Part shown: piece after piece, positions 54,245 to 64,000 of the stretch
Layout of the letters: every line of letters begins with the position of its first letter
Position numbering within the stretch: position 1 is the first letter of the stretch
NCBI RefSeq assembly: GCF_018977255.1
Contig: NW_024704742.1
Span: 136,278,001 to 136,342,000, forward strand
DNA from: Callorhinchus milii
Lineage: Eukaryota
Length of the DNA stretch: 64,000 nt
Direction of reading: 5' to 3'
Program-made: the position numbers and the translations under genes
The notes under the pieces: model-generated
What the model was told of the DNA's origin: nothing
What the model saw: only the letters and a program-made list of their open reading frames with translations
Database searches by the model: none

Positions 54245-54875
54245 AACAACGACAACAACAAAATTACATTTGTAAAGCGCTTTTCACGTCGGGAGGACGG
54301 CCCAAAGTGCTGGACAGACAGAGTTACGGACCCGAGCTGGGGGGTCGGGGTGGGGGAAGGTGGAGGGCAGGGGGGAAGCAGGGAGATCGAAAGCACGGTC
54401 GAAGAGGAAGGTCGAGTTGGGTCTTGAAGGTGGTGAGGGAGGGGGCGAGGCAGAGGGACTGCAGGATGGAGTTCCAGAGGGTAGGGGCAGAGTGGCCGAA
54501 GGCGAGCCCACCATTAGTGGGCAAGCGAGGCGGGGGACATGAAGGTGGCCGGAGCCTGCTAGGTTGTTAGGAGGTGAGCAAGACCATGGAAGGCTTTGAA
54601 GGTGAGGACCAGGATCTTGAACTGTATCCTCTGTGTGATGGGAGCCAGTGGAGAAGGATGGGGGTGATAGGGTCGAGGTGCCTGGTGCGGGAGAGGACAC
54701 GGGATGCAGAGTTCTGGATGATCTGCAGCCTGTGGAGGGAGGAGTTGGGGAGACCGACAAGCAGTGAGTTTGCAAAGTCAAGCCTGGATGTAATGAGGGT
54801 TTCGGTGGCCTGCGGTGTGAGACAGCATCGGAGCCGGGCGACTTGCAGAGAGAAGGCAGAGCGGGTCATGGCACA
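54245..54875 (-). mobile_element. L2 LINE 3' fragment (adjacent to further L2 pieces at about 53930-54240 and 54920-55120)
   Basis: SRLDFANSLLVGLP...IQNSASRVL...LHWLP; tail. Confidence 0.82.
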
Positions 54876-56271
54876 GATGTGGGGTAGAAAGCACAGTGTG
54901 GGGAATAAATACGAGAGTGAGTATCTTGAAGTCGATGGGGAGCCAGTGGAGCCTGGCCAGAACTGGTGAGATGTGGGTATGGAGTCTGGTCCAGGTCAGT
55001 ATGCGGGCGGCAGTTCTGAATGAGCTGGATCTTCTGAATAGTGGAGCTGGGGAGACTGGTGAGTAATCCAGGCGGAATGTAACAAGCGCATGCACGAGGA
55101 TTTCGGCTGAATTTGGGGTTAAGGTACAGTCGACGTAAGTCGTATCAGTTGGGACCATTCATTTAATGTAACTTATGCAAAGTATGAGTTATGTCAAACT
55201 TGCATAGAACATAAACTCTTGAACGGGACTCAGGTGATCGTACAACTTAAGAGAGAGCAGACCAATGCGGGTTTTACTGTGGAGGTCACTGTGCACAATG
55301 GAACCAAACCTCTTGCAATCGTGAGTTTGTGCATCAAATTGCTGCTGTCAAAGTGTTTCACCATTGTGGCTTTCCCCCTCCATAGGCCACTGAAACAGTG
55401 ACCAGTGGCATGGGTTTAACGTTCAATAATTTAGCAGTTTATGAAACACCCTAAGGTTAACCCAAAATCCTTGTCAGCCTAGACACCATTTCATCTTAAA
55501 ATGTTAAGGTGGCGTAGGAAGATGGAGAGTTCTCAGGTTCAAGTCTCAATTCGTGGATGGCAATTCTTAAGGAAAAACAGCTTCCAAAATGAGAGTTTTC
55601 TTGCCCATTAAATTTTGAGAGGCTTTCAGCTGTGCACTGTGGAAGGAGTGAGTCTGAACAGCGAACTAGCCTTGCTCCCCAGTTTACTGTGTGAGTTCTT
55701 ACACGGTCAGAAAAAGAGATGTACTGTCACCTCGCTGTGAAATCGGCTGTGCAAATGGGAATTTACCCCTAGCTCTAAGAATCAGCCGCCGGAGGAAAAG
55801 TTTGCAGCGTTCGTTAATTATTGCCACCAGAAGGCAGCACGCCCCTCTAGCGAAGTAGTTTATTCCTTCCTTGCAGCCCCCATTTTCTTAAAATGAATCT
55901 TTGTTTTCATAAATTTTAGACCCTGGCCTAGCCTCGCCTCCATGGTAATAATATAACAACAAAAATCCTTACAATTGATACAGGGCACTATCACGTCGTT
56001 GAGATGTCTCAAAAGCGCGTCACAGAAGATATAGTAAAATGAATTGACTGTTATCTTTTGTGGGCAGAACCCGGCAACCGGTGTCCCTTAAACAGTCGTG
56101 GATTGAATGACCTAATTTTTTGTAAGTAATTATTATCCCCCAGAAAGCGATCTGCCAATCGATTGACAACCGGGTTTCTACTTACTGCTAGGAAAACAGA
56201 GTAAGGAAACTTGTCTGAGGTTCCCCCCGCCCGGGAAATCTGGGTCCTCTCGCTTGCAAGGTGAGTGCGTC

Positions 56272-56594
56272 GGAGTCCTGTGGCTCAGTGGTTAGAGCAC
56301 TCGCTTTGCAAGTGAGAGACCTGAGTTCAATTCCAGGCAGAGGGCGAAACCTTGGGCAAGTTTCCTTACTCCACACAGAGCCTAATAATAATCCCTCCAA
56401 AACAAAAACAATAATAAATTGGTCATTTTCAATCTACGACTGTTTGTGGGACATTGCTGTGCGCAATTGGCTGCCGCGTTCGCCCTCAAATATACAGTCA
56501 ATTCACTTTACAGTGTGTTCTGTGAAGCGCTTTGGGACGTCCTCCCTACGTGAAAAGCGCTATATCAAATGCAAGGATTATTATTATTATTATT
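56272..56594 (+). mobile_element. Full-length young SINE
   Basis: Near-consensus copy, head-to-head with an older SINE head at about 56130-56265. Confidence 0.92.
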
Positions 56595-57090
56595 AGTGCG
56601 CTATTCACCATACTAGGGCATTCCACAATGATGGATTGTGTTTTATTTCATGATTATTTTTCTTCAGGACTCGAGCTCCACTCTGCCCTCTCGGCAAAAA
56701 GGTCTCGAACATCTCAACGATCTGAGGCCATGTATCAAATGCAAAGATTATTATTATTATTATCAGTGTCTGTCGACTCTCTGAAAGGATTATCTGTTCA
56801 GTCCCCTACCCGTCCCCTCCCCCCACATCTTTTTTCTTTTTTTCTTTTCCAAATATTGGTCTAATTCCCTTTTGTATGGATCGTATGGATTCTGTATGTC
56901 ATAGGGTCCCAATAAGAGCCCCCCACCCTCTTTCTCCATACTTAAAAAAACACATTCTCTTCGCCTCTCTTGTTTACAATAATCATTGTAAACATGTATG
57001 GGTGGGGGGGGTTGGTTGCCCGCTTGTACATCACCCAGTTAACACTGGCGATAGTTAAGGAACGCCGCAAAGTTTCACCCTCCCTGAAGT

Positions 57091-57774
57091 CTACCACCTC
57101 TCCCTCTCGGTCATGTCTGCCTGTACAAGTTCGTTGGTGTGCTCTGGCTTGCAGGTGCTGTTGAGTTCGTTCAGTTTCACGTCAGCCATCTCCTCCTGCT
57201 TCCCGCACAGCTTCAAAGCTCGGGATATGAAGACGTCAAAATCGAACTGCGCGGCCCCTCTGCCCGTCATCTCGGTAGAACCCAGGTTCCGAGGGCTCGA
57301 GGGAGGACTCCTCTCCTGGATGTTGGGCAGCGAGCTGGAGCAGTCGATCTTCAAGGGGCTTCGTTCGCCCTTGCAGTCGGACACCTTCAGGAGGAGGTCG
57401 GACTTCCTTCGTCCAGCGAGACGGCCACACAGGAGGTGGTCACCGTCCGCTTCCTGTGCGACAGATCCAAGATGAGTTTGGGCTCCGAGTAGTGGTGGGG
57501 TTTGTTGTCTCTCCACAGCAGCCTGTCCAGGTAGGAGGGAGACCCGATTTTGTACTCGCACGAGCGTCCATAGTCCATCTCGCATGGTCGGTCCACCGAG
57601 GCATGGGAGCGCTCCAGTAGCCGCTCGGACACGCTCTGGGAGTACTTGCGGGGGTCGATCTGGACTTCCTCGGCCGCCCCCTTGGACATGGCTCGAGGGT
57701 CTCGCTGCACTTCATCTGGATTGTGGTACTTGTCTTGCAGCCACTCCAGGTCCGAGGACAGACTGGCCTGATAC
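57091..57774 (-). CDS. MAPK4: MAPK4 terminal coding exon, with an apparent 1-nt frameshift near 57400
   Basis: YQASLSSDLEW...NKPHHYSEPKLILDLSH in one frame (stop at 57389-57387); the ERK4-like tail QFDFDVFISRALKLC...ERW-stop is in another frame ending at 57091. Confidence 0.88.
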
Positions 57775-58502
57775 CTGCAGCAAAGGCGAAACAAACAGCG
57801 GTGAAAGAGTCAGACCCATCGACCTGCTTTGTGCATATCCAGACCACAGCGTAAATCCACAACAACTTCTTGCATTTTTATAGGCCCCCTCTTGCTGTCT
57901 AATATCTCAAGAGTGTTTATCGATTCGATAACATCTTATAAAAATGCGGTGGACGGATATTTGAGGAGGACGGGTTTGCAGGGTTATGGGGAAAGGGCTG
58001 GGGAGTAGGATTGACATTAATTGCTCTATTCAAAGAGCCGGCACAGACTCGATGGGCCGAATGGCCTCTTTTTGTGGTGTACGATTCTATGATAATATAG
58101 CAATAGTATAGTCCCTTAATGGTGTAGGCTCGCCTGACACGTGAACGGACCCGGGTTCGATTCCTGGGCAGGGTGAAACATTAGGCAAGTTTCCTTACTC
58201 CTCACGCCTCTGTTTTCCTACCAGTAAGTAGGAATAACCAGCCCGCCAATCGAATAACAACCGGGTTCCACTTACTGCTGGTTAAACAGAGGAGTAAGGA
58301 AACTTGCCTAAGGCTTCACTCTGCCCAGGAATTGAATCCAGGTCCTCTTGTTTGCGAGACGATGCTCTAACCACTGCAGTTTCAACGTACAGGTGGTGTA
58401 TCGAAGTTGTATTATTAATATCGGGGCAAAATGTGTGTTTCATAACCAACACAAGGAACGCGTTATGAAACGTCGCAAATTGCTCCCCTCTACCGCGTTT
58501 CA

Positions 58503-58965
<463 letters not shown>

Positions 58966-59694
58966 AATTATTTCCCGAGGCCCCATCTGTGCCTGTTCCG
59001 CTGGATGTTACAAGATCCTGGGCACTATTCGAAAACAGTTTCTCACTGTGTCCTGGCCGACAATCCCCCAAATAAAATTGGTCACTCATCCATGACTGTC
59101 TTTGATTTTAAGAATTGAATGGTCCTATGGGCTAAGAGTACAACAACTCACACTAATATGACACCTTTTAAATAGAAGAACATTACAGAGGAGATCAAAG
59201 CATCTGAAAGCGCGCCCAAGGATGGTGGGGCGGAGGACGTGAGCAGGTCTGGTTCTGTTGCAGTGCAGGAAGCAAATGGTAGTGAATTGAAGGAGATCAT
59301 AGAGGCAAGGTTAGCGGTGGGTGGGGGGGGGGTGCTGTGTAGGAGTCTTTGGAGCAATTTAATGATAAAAATATGAATCTTTTGAGTCTAGGCGCTCCAA
59401 TACAGTGTTGGGGGAGCGCTGCATTGTTGGATGTGTCATCCCTGTGATGTGTTAAGGCTCATCAAAAATAAGGATAATTAGCATTATCCTAACACTTGTC
59501 TATAAATGGGTTCATGCCCTGGAACCTCCCTACCTGCTATCTCCCCACTCCACGACCCGCCGCTTCTGCTCAGCTGGCTCTAACCTCCTGCTTGTCCCTG
59601 GTCCCATCCGCTTCAGCATCAGTGGCCGTGCTTTTAGCCACTGATCCCCAAAGCTTTGCAACTCCCGCCCCCAATCTCTCTGTGAATGATTTAC

Positions 59695-59856
59695 CTTCTG
59701 AATTGACTTCAAGCAGCAGTTTCCGGAGTGGCCTGGGCACGTCCCACTTGGGTCTGATGTACGCTGGCATAACACGGAGAAGCTCCTGCTTATCCTCCTC
59801 CCGGAGAACGGGAATGGTCTTCAGGATCAGCTGCATCTGTTCCAGCTCGTGAGACC
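59695..59856 (-). CDS. MAPK4: MAPK4 internal coding exon
   Basis: SHELEQMQLILKTIPVLREEDKQELL...LLLEVNSE; 162 nt; AG/GT boundaries. Confidence 0.94.
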
Positions 59857-59882
59857 CTGGGAAGACACGAGTAGGGGAGGGA

Positions 59883-59887
<5 letters not shown>

Positions 59888-59924
<37 letters not shown>
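59888..59924. repeat. (GA)n microsatellite upstream of a MAPK4 acceptor
   Basis: Perfect GA run; reads (TC)n on the transcribed strand, about 30 nt before the acceptor. Confidence 0.9.
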
Positions 59925-59927
<3 letters not shown>

Positions 59928-60511
59928 GGAGAAAAACCACAGCATGTTAACAGAGGATGCTCCAGCTATGGGAAAACTTGTCATCTTCCTACGGGGCAGA
60001 TTGTGCTTTCCACTATGGTTGGTGGGGAGCTCGGTGGGGGAGAAGGGGAGGAGGGTAAAATCGCTAGGTCTCCGTCAATCAGATCTCAGGAGGTGCCTGG
60101 ATTAAAGACGGCCAAATGAAAGGTGTCAGAGGCACAAAAGTGACAACACGACCAAGGTTTGTGAGGATGTAGCTATCGGTGGAGGAAGCTTTTTTACGCC
60201 AGGATCCAAACATACAACAACAACTTGCATGTATATAGTGCCCTTCGCTCAGGGTAGTGCCTCGGAGCGCTCAACACTAGCAGTGCCTGGCGCCGAACCA
60301 GGGGAAGGGAGGAGGTGACCGTAAGCACGGTCGAAGAGGAAAGTCTTCAATTGGGATCTGAAAGAGGGAAGGAGGGGGCAAGATGGAGGGATTGAGGGAG
60401 ACAATTCCAAAGTTTCGCACACTGCACCCTGAAGTTTTCCCTAAGATAAGCGGTGAAACTTCCAAGTTTATGTCTCAAGTTCATGTCCCACCCATCAGAA
60501 CTATTCCATCA

Positions 60512-60793
<282 letters not shown>

Positions 60794-61177
60794 CTACCTC
60801 TCTGATCTACTCATACCTTATTCCTCTGACCTTGCTTAGCTAACACAGGCCTGGTATGTGTTCCCCCAACCCCTTCACGCCACAATCAGTGCACCTTAAC
60901 CTCCCTGCCTCAATCCCTCTGCTTGAAGCGCACATTCATCTTTAAATCCACACTCTCCACAGTCTTGCTCCTCCCTACCTCTGTAACTTATTAAAACTTC
61001 ATCAACCTGTCCTCTCCCTCCGCTCGCGGGACACCTGCCTGCTTCAGGTCCCCCGCACTTCCCGCCCCACCATTGGCGGTTGGGCATTCAGCATCTCTGC
61101 CCCCACACTCTGGAGCTCTGTCCTGCAATCCCTCCATCTAACCCCCTCCCTTGCCTCCTTCAAGGCCCATCTCAAGA

Positions 61178-61710
61178 CAACAACAACAAAAAAAAATTAC
61201 ATTTATAGAGTGCCTTACACGTCGGAAGGACCTCCCAAAGCGCTGAACAGTCAGATGTCGGGGCCCGAGCATGGAGGAGAGGTGGTGTAGAGGTGAGGGA
61301 AGGCAGAGAGGTGGGAGGGAGACCAAAGGCACGGTCAAAGAGAAGGGTCTTGAGACCGGCCTTGAAGGAGGCAAGGGAGGAAGCGAGACGAAGGGATCCT
61401 GGGATGGAGTTCCAGAGTGTGGAGGCAGAGAGGCTGAAAGCCCGGCCACCGATGGTAGGGCAGGTCGGGCGAGAGACATGGAGCATTCCGGAGCCTGATG
61501 AGCGGAGGGAGCGGGCAGGTTGGTAGGAAGTCAGCAGGTCAGAGAGGTAGGAGGGGGCAAGGCCATGGATGGCCTTAAAGGTAAGGACGAGGATCTTGAA
61601 CTCAATCCTCTGGGGGATGGGGAGCCAGTGGAGTCGGGCAAGGGTGGGAGTGATGGGATGGCTGAGCCTGGTGCGTGAGAGTACACGAGCTGCAGAGTTT
61701 TGGATGGTTT
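61178..61710 (-). mobile_element. L2 LINE 3' fragment
   Basis: GGRAFSLSASTLWNSIP...FKAGLKTLLFD; tail. Confidence 0.85.
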
Positions 61711-62962
61711 GGAAGACCCTCCTCTTTGACCGTGCCTTCAGTCACCCTCCTACCCCCACTCTCTCTGCCCGCCATCTAACCAACCCCCCCAGTTCAGGTG
61801 CAAATCCTTGACTGTCCACTGCCTTAGGATGTCCTCCTGACGTGAAAGGCACTTTAGAAATGTAATTTGTTGTTGTTGTTGCATTTGTCTACAAAATTCC
61901 TCTGTGTAGGTGGGATGCATGGAACTCAGTTTGGTTTGGATACTCTTAAGCATGGTGATGGGTTTCCATTTGTGTCAGATCAAAATAGATAGTGTATTAT
62001 CAGAATATGATTAAATTTAAATTCAAGTTAAGTACACTAAGTGAAATTATTAATCTTAGATCTGACATAGTTATGTGCAACTTTAAAACTAAAATTGCTG
62101 AATCAATAGAATTAAATTATACTGTAATGCAATTCATCAACTGTACAGGTTATTTCGCCCACAAAATATACAGTCAATTCACTTTACAGTATATTCTGTG
62201 AAGGGCTTTGAGATGTCTCAAAGTGATATAAAATGCAATTTTTTTTATTTTTATGTGAAATACAGTCTCTACACTTTACAGTTATTTTCTGCCATGTGCA
62301 CTATACTTTTATGATTTTATCCCTCAAGATAAAAAACCCAATAAGAATTTGGTCACTCAATCCACGACTGTTTGTGGGACACTGCTGTGCGCAAATGGCT
62401 GCCATGTTTCGCCCACAAATATACAGTCAATTCACTTTACAGTATATTCTGTGAAGCGCTTTGAGACGTCTAGAAGACGTGAAAAGCGCTAATTCAAATG
62501 CAAGGATTATTATTATTATTATTATTATTATGTGTTGGCTTTAGCCAACCTGCGCCTAACACTCTCCGGAATTAGGTAAGCAGGATGCGTCATTTGAGTT
62601 GAGGGAAAGATCGTTCATTCCAGACACAAGGAAATGTTTCTGTCCAGGTTGGATACATGGAACTCTGTTTGGTTTGGACACTAAATAAATAGTGTAATAT
62701 CAGAGTATGATTAAATTTAAGTTCAAGTTAAATACAGTGAGTGAAATTATTAATCTTAGCTCTGACATGGTAAAACTAAAATTGCTGAATCAATATCATT
62801 CAATTATACGATAATGCAAATCATCAACTGTACAGATTGTGTCAGTCTGGCTCAGTTGGTAGCAATCTTGCCTCTGAATCAGAAGGTTGTGGGTTCAAGC
62901 CCCACATCTGGACTTGAAACTCGTATGGTCTAAGGTGGACATTAAAATTTGAGTTTGAATTT

Positions 62963-63237
62963 GACCTGAGTTCAATTCCAGGCAGAGGGCGAAACCTTGG
63001 GCAAGTTTCCTTACTCCACACAGAGCCTAATAATAATCCCTCCAAAACCAAAAACAATAATAAATTGGTCATTTTCAATCTACGACTGTTTGTGGGACAT
63101 TGCTGTGCGCAATTGGCTGCCGCGTTCGCCCACAAATATACAGTCAATTCACTTTACAGTGTGTTCTGTGAAGCACTTTGGGACGTCGAGAAGACGTGAA
63201 AAGCACTGTATCAAATGTAAGGATTATTATTATTATT
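62963..63237 (+). mobile_element. 5'-truncated young SINE
   Basis: Consensus from the B box to the (TTA)n tail. Confidence 0.88.
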
Positions 63238-64000
63238 AAAATGGACTGCCTGTTCAGGTGGACATTAAAGATCCCATGGCAAAGATAAGAGTCTTTTTCT
63301 CTCTCCTCGTGTCCTGGCTGACAATCCACCAAATAAAATTGGTCATTCACTTCATGGCTGTTCGCAAGGTCATTGCTGTGCACAAAACTGTCTTGTCACA
63401 TTTACTCACAAAACACAAAATCACTCTACTTTATACCTCATATTGTGAAGCCCACAAAACATACAGTCAATTCACTTTACAGTATATTCTGTGAAGCACT
63501 TGAGAGGTCTCGAAGACGTGATAAGGCACTATATTATATTACAATAATGCAAGGATTATCCTGTGAAGTGCTTTGGGACATCCTCCTGTTGTGAAAGGTG
63601 CTGTGAGATGTAAGAATTATTATTATTACAGAGGAGGGTTTGGGGTACCTCATTCTGGTGATAATATTCACAGGCACGGATGAGAGAGGAAAGAAAGAAC
63701 TCGTGAATTTGCGACATTGACATCACAAACAGCTTCACAGGGAATTGACTGTGACTAATTGACGAGAGTAACTACATTTGAAGGCAAATCTAAGCAGCCA
63801 ATTTACGCACAGCAGGAACCCAACATAGAGGGAAGATTCACTGGGACAGCACCAAAGAGCTTAGATCTGTGGAGAGACTTCACAAGTTCAGACTGTTCTC
63901 GTGAGAACAGAGAGGCAGTCGGGGAATCTAACCGAGGTTTACAAAAACATGAATGGAATTGAAAGGGAAAGCAGAGAGCAAGATAATAATAATAATCCTT

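Noticed and set aside
57390..57445. A micro-intron that would repair the MAPK4 frameshift
   Set aside because: The GT..AG spans available here are far too short for a vertebrate intron, and those I checked (22, 24 and 37 nt) do not restore the frame.

Overview
This is vertebrate genomic DNA, most likely from a cartilaginous fish; that is inferred from the repeat families (a tRNA-headed DeuSINE-type SINE, L2 and CR1 LINEs), not proven. Three intron-containing genes lie in tandem on the minus strand, in the order of the conserved vertebrate MAPK4-ME2-ELAC1 block. They are the 3' part of MAPK4/ERK4 (4 coding exons, 60733-57091; its first coding exon lies beyond the window), a complete ME2 mitochondrial malic enzyme (15 coding exons, 41628-17948, 582 aa) and a complete ELAC1 RNase Z (3 coding exons, 8517-2580, 368 aa). 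All coding junctions are GT-AG and in phase. Most of the rest is retroelement fragments and simple repeats, and nearly all other ORFs in the track are repeat translations. Notable oddities: a near-identical 3.1 kb duplication of the putative ME2 promoter/first exon; a frameshift in the last MAPK4 exon; three copies of the ELAC1 start-codon cassette, two forming 13-codon mini-ORFs; ME2 substitutions at cofactor-specificity and exo-site residues; and a covarying 3' hairpin shared by the SINE and L2. I see no convincing new biological system, and some oddities may be assembly errors.
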